This document shows positions 29,270-38,876 of a stretch of DNA of 64,000 bases, one piece after another. This DNA is from Candidatus Multiplicimicrobium inquinatum (GTDB lineage Bacteria; Omnitrophota; Omnitrophia; Omnitrophales; Aquincolibacteriaceae). The number at the start of each line of letters is the position of its first letter. The first letter of the stretch is position 1. The stretch lies in contig DDUN01000036.1 in the NCBI GenBank assembly GCA_002344825.1, positions 1,440 to 65,439 on the forward strand, written 5' to 3'. A program made the translations under genes and the position numbers. Under the pieces are notes generated by a model. That model made no database searches. It was given only the letters and a program-made list of their open reading frames with translations, and was not told the origin of the DNA.

Positions 29270-29987
29270 AGAATCGACGATATTGGAAGTTGAGAGTCTC
29301 TATGCGGGTTACGGTCCGATTGAGATTTTGAAGGGCGTGAATGTCAAAATTCCGGAAGGAAAGATTGTGTCTTTGATCGGCTCGAATGGCGCCGGGAAGA
29401 CGACTTTTTTGATGACGCTTTCAGGGTTGGTGCGTGCTCATCAGGGTTCCATTCTGTTTCAGGGTAAAGAGCTTTCCAAATGCGCGCCCTTTGATATTGT
29501 GAAGCAAGGTGTGGTGCAGGTCCCCGAAGGTCGGCGCATCTTTCCGCATCTCACCGTCGAGGAAAATTTAGATTTAGGGGCTTATACCCGCAAAGATCCC
29601 AAGCAGGAAATCAAACGCGATAAAGAGGAGTGGCTTACTTTGTTTCCTATTCTTCAGAAAAGATTGAAAGGGCAGGCTGGTAATTTAAGCGGCGGGGAAC
29701 AGCAAATGCTCGCGATGGCACGCGCGTTGATGGCAAAGCCCAAACTTTTATTGTTGGATGAGCCGAGCTTGGGATTGGCGCCGAAGTTGATCGAGATTAT
29801 TTTTAATTTAATTCTTAAAATCAAAGAAAAAGGGCTGACGATTCTTTTGGTCGAGCAAAACGCCTGGAAAGCTTTAGAGCTTGCCGATTACGCGTATGTA
29901 ATTGAATCAGGGCAAATTCAAATGGAAGGCGCGGGGAAAGATTTGTTAGTTAATCCAAAAATAAAAAATGCTTATCTGGGGCAGTGA
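29262..29987 (+). CDS. livF: branched-chain amino acid ABC transporter ATP-binding protein LivF
   Basis: I chose the GTG start at 29262 (cttGTGAATAAag), which overlaps the livG stop by 8 nt. This gives a 241 aa protein beginning (M)NKESTILEVESLYAGYG with Walker A (GSNGAGKTT) and LSGGEQQMLA. The track's ATG at 29166 adds a basic, non-homologous extension. Confidence 0.8.
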   Translation: MNKESTILEVESLYAGYGPIEILKGVNVKIPEGKIVSLIGSNGAGKTTFLMTLSGLVRAHQGSILFQGKELSKCAPFDIVKQGVVQVPEGRRIFPHLTVEENLDLGAYTRKDPKQEIKRDKEEWLTLFPILQKRLKGQAGNLSGGEQQMLAMARALMAKPKLLLLDEPSLGLAPKLIEIIFNLILKIKEKGLTILLVEQNAWKALELADYAYVIESGQIQMEGAGKDLLVNPKIKNAYLGQ

Positions 29988-29992
29988 GCCGG

Positions 29993-30511
29993 CTAGCGGT
30001 AAAGAGTGCTTTCAAAGATTTCGTCGTTGAGTGCCACTCCAATTACATTCTCCATCACCTCGTACAGCGTAATGTGATTCGTTCGTTTCAGCGAGTTGCC
30101 GAGCGAAGTAATAAAGCTCGCATCAAACGATAAGTATTCAAGCCTCTCCGACTTGTCGATTTTCTTCTCCACCATTTTCTTAAAAACATCCAGCTCGCGT
30201 TTGGCTTCTTTGACGAAAATAACACGTGTATTTTTTAATTTAGTGGCTAAGGCGTCAATTTTCTTAATGGCCACCTGTCCGCAGTCAATCCACAGCTTGG
30301 GAACACCGTGATCGCCCGGAATCATTAAGTCTGGCTTGTAATGCATATCCGCGCTGATTTCGACTTTCAATTCAGGCGTATAAAACAAAAGATACGAAAG
30401 TAGCTTCATCACGATATGTTCGCGATGTTCGCAGACATCTTTAACCAGAATGAGTCTGGTTTGCGGCGGAATTTTGGGGGCGCAAACTTCGAAAGAGAAT
30501 TTTTCAATCAT
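29993..30511 (-). CDS. yaeQ: YaeQ-family protein
   Basis: 172 aa. PDLMIPGDHGVPKLWIDCGQVAIKKIDALATK matches the conserved YaeQ core (PDLW...LWIEVGQPD..RL.KA). It is convergent with livF. Confidence 0.65.
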   Translation of the reverse strand: MIEKFSFEVCAPKIPPQTRLILVKDVCEHREHIVMKLLSYLLFYTPELKVEISADMHYKPDLMIPGDHGVPKLWIDCGQVAIKKIDALATKLKNTRVIFVKEAKRELDVFKKMVEKKIDKSERLEYLSFDASFITSLGNSLKRTNHITLYEVMENVIGVALNDEIFESTLYR

Positions 30512-31027
30512 GAAGTGATTATAGTGCTTATAAATTATTTAGATGCAAAAATAATGGTACACATCTCAAAGAAACAAATAGAATCTGTTCAAACAGCTGA
30601 TGCTACGCTCAGAACTCACATCTTCTATTTGTTTTTTGAGATTATTGCGCTGAGGGGGTGGGGGCTATTAAATTGAGAAACGCGATGCGTTTCCTTTTGA
30701 AAATAGAAGAGCCGGCTGCTACCGCAGCCGGCTCGAAATGATTTCTGTTTATACCCGAAGCGGAGGCAAGCGGGCACGATTAAGCTCTACAACGACCTTC
30801 AACACCGTTAGATTTTTTGAAATGAGACACATAAAATTCTCCGTGTTTCTTCATTGGAAAACCAGTCCTTCATTCCTTTCTCATGGGTTGTCCGGTTATT
30901 TAAAAGGGCGCCCCCGGCGGAGTGTCCGATATAAGCACCTCGGTGCATCTGGTAAACCCGGCCTGCGCTTAAAAAGAAACTTACTCACAGAATTAAAATA
31001 TTTCAAGGTCACGCTAGGTTTTGCTAT

Positions 31028-32638
31028 ATGGAAAATCGCTTTTCATCCGTCCTTTACGAGTTTGATATAATCCGCGCCATGAATCACGACCTTAACAAAC
31101 AAGTTTCGCCTGAAGACGCGGCGTTTGTCATTGAGACTTTAAAGAGTCTTCTCGAAAATCCCGATCAGCTGGCGGCCTTGCCCGAAGAAAAAAGAATCGC
31201 TTTGCGTATGGCGGCGGGAAAATTATCGCGTCCCAGCAAAGAAGAAAAGCTTTCACGGGGCAAACAGGTCAAAAAAATCAACCGTAAGAAAATCGCGCGG
31301 GAAGAACGCGCTGCTCGTGCGGCCACCGGTATTCGTGCCGCGAGAACCACCTCTGTTTTTTCAGCGCCTGAAAAACGGGCGGTGACCGATGCGTCGTTGC
31401 AAAAACTGCCTGATTTGAGCTCTCCGCGTAATTGTTATGTGTGTAAGGCGGAATATACGCAGCTACATTTTTTTTATGACGCCATGTGTCCCGCTTGCGC
31501 GCAGTTTAATTATGATAAACGCTTTCAAACCGCGCCGCTTGATGGGCAGGTGGCGGTCATTACGGGATCGCGCCTGAAGATCGGCTATCAGGCAACTCTT
31601 ATGATGCTGCGGGCAGGTGCGAAAGTGATCGCGACTACGCGTTTTCCCGTCGACTCCGCCATCCGCTTTGCCAAAGAAAAAGACTTTCCGTTGTGGCGTG
31701 ACCGCCTGCATGTTTACGGGTTGGATTTAAGGCATACACCGAGCGTAGAAATTTTTTGCCGCATTTTTGAGAAAAAATATGGCCGTCTCGATTTATTGAT
31801 CAACAATGCCGCCCAAACCGTGCGCCGTCCGCCGGGTTTTTACGCGCATCTCATGGCGAATGAAACGATGCCGCATGAAAGACTGCCTGCCGAAGCGAGA
31901 GGGTTGCTTGCTGATTTTATGGAGATAAAAAATACGCTTTCTTTGCATGCGCGTAAGACTTTATCCGCGCCTGAAATGGCAGGCGAAGCCGCGCTTAAAA
32001 TTACCTGGAGCGGTAAAACACAAGGCATCGGCCTTTTGGCTTCCGCGGAACTTTCGCAGGTTCCTTATGCTTATGATGATACGAGCGAGGAAGAAAAAGT
32101 TTTTCCGGCCGGAAAACTAGACGCGGATTTGCAACAGGTAGATTTGCGTGAAACCAATAGTTGGCGTTTGCGTTTGGGGGAAGTCGAAACATCGGAGTTG
32201 CTGGAGCTTCAGCTTGTGAATGCCATTGCGCCGTTTGTGCTTTGCAATAAATTGATTCCGCTTATGAAACGTGAAAATACAGGCATCAAACATATTGTGA
32301 ATGTCACAGCCATGGAAGGAAAATTCCATCGGTTTAAAAAAGCGGATCGTCATCCGCATACGAATATGGCAAAGGCCGCTTTAAATATGCTGACGCATAC
32401 TGCCGCGGGCGGGCTGGCGAAAGAAGGTATTTATATGAACGCGGTGGATACCGGCTGGGTGACGGATGAAGACCCGGTAACGCTTTCTTTGCGCAAACAA
32501 GAAGAGCATGACTTTCAGCCTCCGCTGGATATCGTCGATGGTGCGGCGCGGGTTTGCGACCCCTTCTTTCACGGAATTTTAACGGGCAAACATTGGTGCG
32601 GGAAGTTTTTAAAAGATTATTTCCCAATCGACTGGTAA
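31028..32638 (+). CDS. atypical multi-domain SDR-family oxidoreductase with N-terminal basic region + Cys4 zinc ribbon
   Basis: 536 aa. A Rossmann [13 protein letters not shown] motif is followed by LLINNAA. The probable zinc ribbon is CYVCKAEY...CPACAQFN. There is a ~150 aa insertion between the NNAA and IVNVTA strands. The catalytic YxxxK appears as H..MAKAAL. Confidence 0.55.
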   Translation: MENRFSSVLYEFDIIRAMNHDLNKQVSPEDAAFVIETLKSLLENPDQLAALPEEKRIALRMAAGKLSRPSKEEKLSRGKQVKKINRKKIAREERAARAATGIRAARTTSVFSAPEKRAVTDASLQKLPDLSSPRNCYVCKAEYTQLHFFYDAMCPACAQFNYDKRFQTAPLDGQVAVITGSRLKIGYQATLMMLRAGAKVIATTRFPVDSAIRFAKEKDFPLWRDRLHVYGLDLRHTPSVEIFCRIFEKKYGRLDLLINNAAQTVRRPPGFYAHLMANETMPHERLPAEARGLLADFMEIKNTLSLHARKTLSAPEMAGEAALKITWSGKTQGIGLLASAELSQVPYAYDDTSEEEKVFPAGKLDADLQQVDLRETNSWRLRLGEVETSELLELQLVNAIAPFVLCNKLIPLMKRENTGIKHIVNVTAMEGKFHRFKKADRHPHTNMAKAALNMLTHTAAGGLAKEGIYMNAVDTGWVTDEDPVTLSLRKQEEHDFQPPLDIVDGAARVCDPFFHGILTGKHWCGKFLKDYFPIDW

Positions 32639-32640
32639 TC

Positions 32641-33018
32641 ATGCGCGCTTTTTGGATTTACCGTTTCCCGGCTGTTATGTGGATGATGCTGATTTTCTTT
32701 CTTTCATCCATTTCCGGCGATGATTTGCCGGATATAGATATTCCGTATATCCACATGATCGCGCATTTTGTGGAGTATGTTGTTTTAGGCTTTTTGCTTT
32801 CGCGCAGTTTTACGCATTCGGTCGGTAAGGAGAAAAAAGTTTTTGTTTCCGTCACGGCCTTTGTGATAGCCGTACTTTTTGCGTTATCCGATGAATGGCA
32901 TCAAACTTTTGTTGCTGGACGAAATGGGGAATGGATGACAGTTGGTTATGACGCAATCTTTTCCGTTCTTGGCATTATTGTTTTTTGGATCACCCTAAGA
33001 GTTTTCAATAGGAATTAA
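32641..33018 (+). CDS. VanZ-family membrane protein
   Basis: Starts at MRAFWIYRFPAVMWMM, 3 nt after the SDR stop. ISGDDLP...HFVEYVVLG...ALSDEWHQTFVAGRNGEWMTVGYDAIFSVLG matches the VanZ-like fold. Confidence 0.7.
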   Translation: MRAFWIYRFPAVMWMMLIFFLSSISGDDLPDIDIPYIHMIAHFVEYVVLGFLLSRSFTHSVGKEKKVFVSVTAFVIAVLFALSDEWHQTFVAGRNGEWMTVGYDAIFSVLGIIVFWITLRVFNRN

Positions 33019-33021
33019 ATC

Positions 33022-33252
33022 GTGGAAGAAATTAAAAAAGGAATTTACGAACATTACAAAGGCAATCTGTATGAAGTGTTGGATACCGGCATTCATACCG
33101 AAGCGCGCGAACAGGTTGTGATCTATAAGGCTTTATATAAAGGTGACTTCAAGGAAGGCCAGCTTTGGGTACGTCCCCTTGCTATGTTTCAGGAAACCGT
33201 CAATATCGACGGCAAAGAAATTCCGCGTTTTAAATATTTGCGTCCTTCATAG
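33022..33252 (+). CDS. DUF1653-family protein
   Basis: 76 aa. GIYEHYKGNLYEVL...EAREQVVIYKALY...QLWVRPLAMFQETVNIDGKEIPRF matches the DUF1653 consensus as I recall it. Confidence 0.7.
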   Translation: MEEIKKGIYEHYKGNLYEVLDTGIHTEAREQVVIYKALYKGDFKEGQLWVRPLAMFQETVNIDGKEIPRFKYLRPS

Positions 33253-33274
33253 GCGTTAGCTAAGGTAGGGTATA

Positions 33275-34300
33275 ATGACTGTTATGAATTCTCTGCCGTG
33301 GAAACGTATGAAGCAAGATAAGCTGATGGATCTTACCATTAGCCGCTTGGGTCTAACGATTGCAGGTTCAGCGCTTGAGCCTTTGATTGCCCGGCTTTAT
33401 TCCGAGCTTGAAGCCAAGGGGCTTAGTTTTAAGCCGCCCTGTTTTTTGGCGGATGAATGGTTTTGTCCCGTGGGTGTGCCTGCTATCGGCATTCCTTTTT
33501 ATTTGTCGCACCCGCGTTTGCGCCGCCTTGAAAAAGAAATGATTTTGGAAGTGGAGGGCGGCAGCACAACCGAGTTTTTGCGTCTCATGCGCCATGAAAC
33601 GGGCCATGCATATTCGTATGCCTACGGCCTTTACCGCAAGTCAGCCTGGCGTAAAATTTTCGGCTCTGCTTCTATGGAATATCCCGACACTTATCATCCG
33701 CGTCCTTACAGCAGAAGCTATGTGGTGCATTTGGAAAATTGGTACGCGCAAAGTCATCCCGACGAAGATTTCGCCGAAACTTTCGCCGTGTGGCTGACGC
33801 CGGGACTTAATTGGCGCAAGAAATATAAAGATTGGAAGGCGCTTGAAAAATTAGAGTTTGTCGACAAGTTGATGAAATCTTTGCACGGAAAAGCGCCGTC
33901 TTGTCTGCCTCCGCAGGACTTCAAAGAGTTCGCCGGGCTCGATATGAAGCTCAAAACTTATTTCCGAAAAAAAATGAAAGCTTACGAAGAAGAGTACCCG
34001 CATTTTTACGACCGCGATCTGAGACTGCTTTTTACGGACAAAGACGAAGAGAAATCCGCGGTTAAAGCCGTTGATTATTTAAAGAAATCACGCGAAAAGC
34101 TGATGCGCGCCGTCGCATTTTGGACTAAAGAAAAACGGTATACGATCGATCAATTGATGCAGAGGTTTATTGCCCGTACGGGGGAATTAGGACTTTATGT
34201 GCGGGAAGGTCAGCTTAATACGGATATGCAAGCCGCCGCCTTTGTGACAACTCTGGTTTCAACCTATCTGTTTACAGGAAAGTTTAAACGATCCAAATGA
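33275..34300 (+). CDS. putative HExxH zinc metallopeptidase (uncharacterised 'zinc-binding metallopeptidase' family-like)
   Basis: 341 aa. MRHETGHAYSY supplies the HExxH, with EDFAETFAVWL downstream as a possible third-ligand Glu region. There is no signal peptide. Confidence 0.55.
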   Translation: MTVMNSLPWKRMKQDKLMDLTISRLGLTIAGSALEPLIARLYSELEAKGLSFKPPCFLADEWFCPVGVPAIGIPFYLSHPRLRRLEKEMILEVEGGSTTEFLRLMRHETGHAYSYAYGLYRKSAWRKIFGSASMEYPDTYHPRPYSRSYVVHLENWYAQSHPDEDFAETFAVWLTPGLNWRKKYKDWKALEKLEFVDKLMKSLHGKAPSCLPPQDFKEFAGLDMKLKTYFRKKMKAYEEEYPHFYDRDLRLLFTDKDEEKSAVKAVDYLKKSREKLMRAVAFWTKEKRYTIDQLMQRFIARTGELGLYVREGQLNTDMQAAAFVTTLVSTYLFTGKFKRSK

Positions 34301-34430
34301 TTTTTGAACAAAGAAGGCCCGCTTTCGGACCGTCTGCTACGTTGCTCCTTCTCGACGTGCCACAAAGCACGCCTTTGTCGTCGCGCCTTGCATCCAGCCC
34401 AAAATCGAGCTTCATCCTATGGGGTTGTTT

Positions 34431-35447
34431 ATGAAGGCTGTGCCACGTGTGTTGGTTGCTTTCAATACGACTTCGGCATATCCGCATGATTATGATTTTA
34501 CCGAAGAGCTGAAACTTACCGATTGGCAAACTGAAGCGGATGTTTTAGCCGCTCTGCGTTCGCTTGAGTACCCCTGCGAAACGGTCGGTATATATGATGA
34601 TATGAGCGTTTTGCAGAAGAAAATAGAATCATTCCGGCCCACCGTGATTTTTAATTTGATCGAGCGTTTTAAAAACGATGCCGCGCATGAAGCGGACGCG
34701 GTTTCTTATTTAAAGCTTTTGGGAATTCCTTTCACAGGCTGCGGACCGACAGCGATTACTTTCTGCAAAGACAAAGGTCTCGCTAAACAAATTTTGTCGC
34801 ATCACCGAATTCGGGTTCCTCAGTTTGTGATTTTGCCTTTCAAAAAGAAAGTCCATTTGCCCAAGCGGTTTCCGTTCCCGGTTTTTGTGAAACCTCTTAA
34901 AGAAGAAGCCTCGGTGGGTATTTCTCAGGCGTCTTTGGTGGAAACCGAAACTCAATTTAAAGAGCGCGTGCAGTTTTTGCATGACACCCTGAATCAGGAT
35001 GTGATCGCGGAGCAGTATATTGCGGGCCGTGAAATTTATGTCGGCGTGATGGGCAGTAAACGGTTGGAAGTCTTTCCGTTTCGTGAAATGGTTTTCTCGC
35101 GCGTGGATGATGAAGATCCCAAGATCGCGACTTATAAAGCCAAGTGGGATGAAGCCTACCGCAAGAAATGGGGTATTAAGAACAAGTTTGCCGATGATTT
35201 ACCGAAAGAGCTGGAAGATAAAATCAAAAGTTTTTCAAAACGAATTTGCCGCGCGCTTTCGATTCGCGGCGCGGTGCGCCTTGATTTGCGGCTCATGCCT
35301 GACGGTAAAGTTTATTTCATTGAAGCGAATCCCAATCCCATGCTCGCTAAAGATGAAGATTTCGCGCTTTCCGCGCTCAAAGCCGGATGGAGCTATCCCG
35401 AGCTGATTCAGCGTCTGATCAATCTCGCGCTTGCGGAAGAAGAGTAA
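34431..35447 (+). CDS. ATP-grasp enzyme, D-alanine--D-alanine ligase-like
   Basis: A Ddl-like N-domain (RVLVAFNTTSAYPHDYD), a central LGIPFTGCGPTAITFCKDKGLAKQIL, and an ATP-grasp C-terminus (YFIEANPNPML). At ~338 aa it is smaller than a canonical Ddl. Confidence 0.75.
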   Translation: MKAVPRVLVAFNTTSAYPHDYDFTEELKLTDWQTEADVLAALRSLEYPCETVGIYDDMSVLQKKIESFRPTVIFNLIERFKNDAAHEADAVSYLKLLGIPFTGCGPTAITFCKDKGLAKQILSHHRIRVPQFVILPFKKKVHLPKRFPFPVFVKPLKEEASVGISQASLVETETQFKERVQFLHDTLNQDVIAEQYIAGREIYVGVMGSKRLEVFPFREMVFSRVDDEDPKIATYKAKWDEAYRKKWGIKNKFADDLPKELEDKIKSFSKRICRALSIRGAVRLDLRLMPDGKVYFIEANPNPMLAKDEDFALSALKAGWSYPELIQRLINLALAEEE

Positions 35448-35490
35448 GCCGATCGTTTAGTCTTCATTCTCCCAAGCCGATACTCTACCC

Positions 35491-36723
35491 ATGAAAAAAA
35501 TTCTTAAAAATTACGCGGGTTCGCTCGGGCTCATTGCCGCCGTGATCGGCGGAGTGTTTTTGGGCAGATTTTTTCCGCAGGTCGCGCCGCATTTGAAACC
35601 CATCGGCACGCTTTGGCTAAATCTTATTTTTACAGCGGTGGTACCGCTTGTTTTCTTTTCTATCAGTGCCACAGTCGCGCAAATGACGGATGCCCAAAAA
35701 ATGGGCCGCGTTATGGGCTGGATGCTTTTGATCTTTGTAGCTACCGGCATTTTAGCCGCGCTTTTTATGTTGGGGCTTGTGTCTTTTTTTCCGCCTTCCG
35801 CGCCGCTGCAGTTGCCGATGACAACTCAGGTTAAACTTGAAGAGGTTTCTGTTCTGCAAAAATTAGCGGAGTCGCTTTCGACGGGCGATTTTATGAGTTT
35901 GTTTTCAAGGCAAAATATGCTCGCCCTGATTGTTTTTTCTGGGTTGCTCGGAGCGGCGGTTTTTTTAGCGGGAAAAGAAGGCGATGCTTTCCGTAAGTTT
36001 TTAGCGTCAGGCAATGCCGTGATGCTGAAGATGATTCGAATTTTAATGGCATGGGCGCCGCTGGGTCTTTTGGCGTACTTTGCGGATTTGGCTTCACGGA
36101 TGGGGCCTGAAATTTGGGGGACTTACGCGGATGTGCTGAAACTTTATTATCCCGCGGCATTCTTTTATTTTTTTGTTTTTTCGAGCCTTTACACAGGCTG
36201 GGCGGGCGGCTTGCAGGGTGTGCGCGAGTTTTGGCTGCGTATTCCTGCCGCGGCTTTAACGGCTTTCGGGACAGGCAGCAGTCTAGCCACGGTGCCAGCC
36301 AATCTAAAAGCGGCGGATGAAATCGGCGTGAAGCGCGAGGTGAGTGAAGTCGTGATTCCCGTGGGCGCGACGATTCACATGGATGGGTCTTGTCTTTCGG
36401 CCATTCTTAAAATTTCGATTCTCTTCGCGATTTTCAATCAGCCATTTTATGGATTTGAAGATTATGCCATGGCGATCGGCGTGGCTTTGCTCAGCGGTAT
36501 TGTAATGAGCGGCGTTCCGGGCGGCGGCTTTTTGGGTGAAATGATGATTGTTTCGCTTTACGGTTTTCCCGCTGAAGCTTTGCCCGTGATCGCGATGGTT
36601 GGCGCCCTTGTCGATCCGCCCGCGACCATGGTCAACTCGACCGGCGATACCGCCGCGAGTATGATGGTCTCCCGCTTAATCTACGGAAAGAAGTGGCGTA
36701 CTAAATCTGCCGATGCGGATTAG
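35491..36723 (+). CDS. dicarboxylate/amino acid:cation symporter (DAACS family)
   Basis: 410 aa polytopic membrane protein. The GltP/DctA-like hairpin motifs (GTGSSLATVPAN; IPVGATIHMDGS) are present. Confidence 0.85.
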   Translation: MKKILKNYAGSLGLIAAVIGGVFLGRFFPQVAPHLKPIGTLWLNLIFTAVVPLVFFSISATVAQMTDAQKMGRVMGWMLLIFVATGILAALFMLGLVSFFPPSAPLQLPMTTQVKLEEVSVLQKLAESLSTGDFMSLFSRQNMLALIVFSGLLGAAVFLAGKEGDAFRKFLASGNAVMLKMIRILMAWAPLGLLAYFADLASRMGPEIWGTYADVLKLYYPAAFFYFFVFSSLYTGWAGGLQGVREFWLRIPAAALTAFGTGSSLATVPANLKAADEIGVKREVSEVVIPVGATIHMDGSCLSAILKISILFAIFNQPFYGFEDYAMAIGVALLSGIVMSGVPGGGFLGEMMIVSLYGFPAEALPVIAMVGALVDPPATMVNSTGDTAASMMVSRLIYGKKWRTKSADAD

Positions 36724-37412
36724 TTCAGGTCAAAGAGCAAGAACTCACAGTCAGAAATCGAATTTAGATGAATGTGATCTTCATCTGAAATTGCAACTCC
36801 GTCACCGGCTTCAATTTTCTCATCGTTGATAAGTATTTTCCCGCTCGCGATTTGAATCCATGTGTGACGATTTTTTTCGAGGTGAAGGCTCAGTGCTTGC
36901 TGGGCTTTAAGGTGGCCCACAAAAACTTTGGCATCTTGATTGATTTTAAGCGGCGCGCGAACACTGGCGGGCGCGGCGATAAGCTTGAGAGGATCGCCCG
37001 TGAACGGAATCGCCTTTTGTTCGTAGCCAGGTTCCAGGTTTTTAGCTTCGGGTAAAAGCCAGATCTGAAGCAAATGGCAAGGCTCGGTTGCGGAAGCATT
37101 GTATTCACTGTGTCTGATTCCGGATCCCGCTGTCATACGTTGTAATTCACCGCGCTTAATCTTACCGATGTTACCGAGGCTGTCTCTGTGTTCGAGTTCG
37201 CCTTTGAGTATGTAGGTGACGATTTCCATGTCGCGGTGACTATGCAGTGGAAATCCTTGGCCGGGTTCAATCACATCTTCATTGATCACGCGTAACGTGC
37301 GGAATCCCATGTGCGCGGGATCATGGTATTCACCGAAAGAAAAACTGTGATAGGTATCTAACCAGCCTAAATTGAAGTGACCGCGATCTTTGCTTTTTCG
37401 GATTTGAATCAT
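36720..37412 (-). CDS. pirin-family protein (cupin)
   Basis: 230 aa. GWLDTYHSFSFGEYHDPAHMGFRTLRVINED...GFPLHSHRDMEIVTYIL is the pirin N-terminal cupin with His metal ligands. Confidence 0.9.
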   Translation of the reverse strand: MIQIRKSKDRGHFNLGWLDTYHSFSFGEYHDPAHMGFRTLRVINEDVIEPGQGFPLHSHRDMEIVTYILKGELEHRDSLGNIGKIKRGELQRMTAGSGIRHSEYNASATEPCHLLQIWLLPEAKNLEPGYEQKAIPFTGDPLKLIAAPASVRAPLKINQDAKVFVGHLKAQQALSLHLEKNRHTWIQIASGKILINDEKIEAGDGVAISDEDHIHLNSISDCEFLLFDLN

Positions 37413-37474
37413 CGGGGGTTGGTTCCACTTATGCTGCGCTTTTTAGCGGTTGGGTGAAACCCAGAGCCGTCGCA

Positions 37475-37502
37475 ACAGCTTTTAGGCTGTTGCGACTTTA
37501 TT
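37475..37502. terminator. perfect 11 bp hairpin downstream of the ferritin gene
   Basis: gtcgcaacagc-ttttag-gctgttgcgac, with T-rich flank tttatta on the + side. It sits at the 3' end of the minus-strand ferritin gene. Confidence 0.45.
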
Positions 37503-37988
37503 AGATAGACTGCCTATTTCTTTATCGATGAAATAAAGACCGCGTCCGTCGGTGCCGGTGCGCTTAATCAGGTCAAGCACATCGCGGAAAAGTTTTTCTT
37601 CTTCATGCTGTTCAGCGACATACCATTGTAGAAAGTTAAAAGTAGAGTGATCTTTTTCCGACAAGCACAGATCAACGAGATCGTTAATTTGCCCCGTGAT
37701 TTCTTTTTCATTCTCATAGACGAGCTTAAAAATCTGCTCGATCGATTTAAATATAGCGGGAGGAGCTTTGAAAGAGTTAACTACCGCGTGTCCGCCCGTG
37801 CCGTTGATGTAATGAAAAAGCTTGGTCATATGCGTGCGCTCTTGTTCCGCGTGGCTGTAGAGAAAACGCGCCGCGCCGGGAAGCCCGTTGACATCACACC
37901 ACGAAGCCATCGCTAAATAATAATGCGCGGAAGAATTTTCAGAAGTGATTTGAACGTTCAGGGCTTTTTCGATTTTCTTGGATAACAT
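37482..37988 (-). CDS. ftnA: non-haem ferritin
   Basis: 168 aa. YYLAMASWCD...EQERTHMTKLFHYI...NFLQWYVAEQHEEE are the ferroxidase-site Glu/His residues of bacterial Ftn. Confidence 0.8.
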   Translation of the reverse strand: MLSKKIEKALNVQITSENSSAHYYLAMASWCDVNGLPGAARFLYSHAEQERTHMTKLFHYINGTGGHAVVNSFKAPPAIFKSIEQIFKLVYENEKEITGQINDLVDLCLSEKDHSTFNFLQWYVAEQHEEEKLFRDVLDLIKRTGTDGRGLYFIDKEIGSLSNKVATA

Positions 37989-38143
37989 AGATTCCTCCGG
38001 GTGGATTTATAAGTGCGTTGTATTCTGTTTGAATTATACACTCGTTTGCGCGCGCCCAGCCGATGTAATTCAGATTTTTTTAGAGCGCGTCGGATGCAAT
38101 CTGATTACTTATTCATCCGATTCAAAACGGATCTTAAAGTAAA

Positions 38144-38794
38144 TCAGCGGCGTGTGATGATGCTTTTCGCGTCGAAGCGAATTTTCGGAAGTTTGGCGTT
38201 TTTATCATCCGCGGATCGATAACCGCAGGGGCATAAAACCGTAGTGGTCCAGCCCGTACCGTCTAAGCCCAAAACTTCATCATATTTCGCGGGGACAAAT
38301 CCTTCCATGGGGCAGGTATCCACACTCAGTGTCGCGGCGGCAAGCATAAGTTGTCCCAACGCGATATAAACTTGGCGCGCGGCCCATTCTCCGGAATACT
38401 GCGCTCGCGGGCCTTCCACGATATCGCTCAAAATAATTTTTCGATAACCGGCAAGTTTTTCATGCGGGGTACCGCGAATTTCAGCTGTGCGCGCGATAAG
38501 ATGGTCAACATCCGCCGCGGAGATTTGCGGCTTTGTTAACATCACCACAAGATGCGAACAATCCGCGACTTGACGCTGATTCCAAGAGTGGGGAACGAGT
38601 TGTTCTCGCAAAGCCTGATCAGTAATGACTAAAAATTTCCATGGCTGCATTCCATAAGAGGAAGGTGTGAGAACCAAAGACTCTTCGATTGCCTGCCATG
38701 TTTCTTCCGGAATTTTGCGTGACGCGTCGAATTGTTTAGTCGCGTAACGCCACTTCAAACTCTGGATCAGTTCCTGCTCTTTCTTGTAACCCAT
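38144..38794 (-). CDS. NAD(P)H nitroreductase-family protein (NfsB-like)
   Basis: Starts at MGYKKEQELIQSLKWRYATKQFD (FMN-binding RYATK motif). The track's ORF opens 51 codons further upstream with non-homologous sequence. Confidence 0.8.
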   Translation of the reverse strand: MGYKKEQELIQSLKWRYATKQFDASRKIPEETWQAIEESLVLTPSSYGMQPWKFLVITDQALREQLVPHSWNQRQVADCSHLVVMLTKPQISAADVDHLIARTAEIRGTPHEKLAGYRKIILSDIVEGPRAQYSGEWAARQVYIALGQLMLAAATLSVDTCPMEGFVPAKYDEVLGLDGTGWTTTVLCPCGYRSADDKNAKLPKIRFDAKSIITRR

Positions 38795-38876
38795 GCAGAC
38801 TCCTTGAGATAGGTGTAATAAAAAATAGGGAAAACACCGTATAGAAAACACATCAAAAGACGTATAGACTATTAGT

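Noticed and set aside
30780-31020. Possible SRP RNA / RNase P / tmRNA in the 30.5-31.0 kb gap. Fragments such as ggtaaacccggcc recall P RNA.
   Set aside because: There are no extended matches to the conserved 4.5S domain IV, the RNase P P4 helix or the tmRNA tag-reading frame. The region is too AT-rich and too short for P RNA.
30738-31070. A 110 aa ORF in the yaeQ/SDR intergenic region.
   Set aside because: Arg/Lys/Ser-rich, no SD, and it overlaps the hairpin-rich region. It is more likely non-coding.
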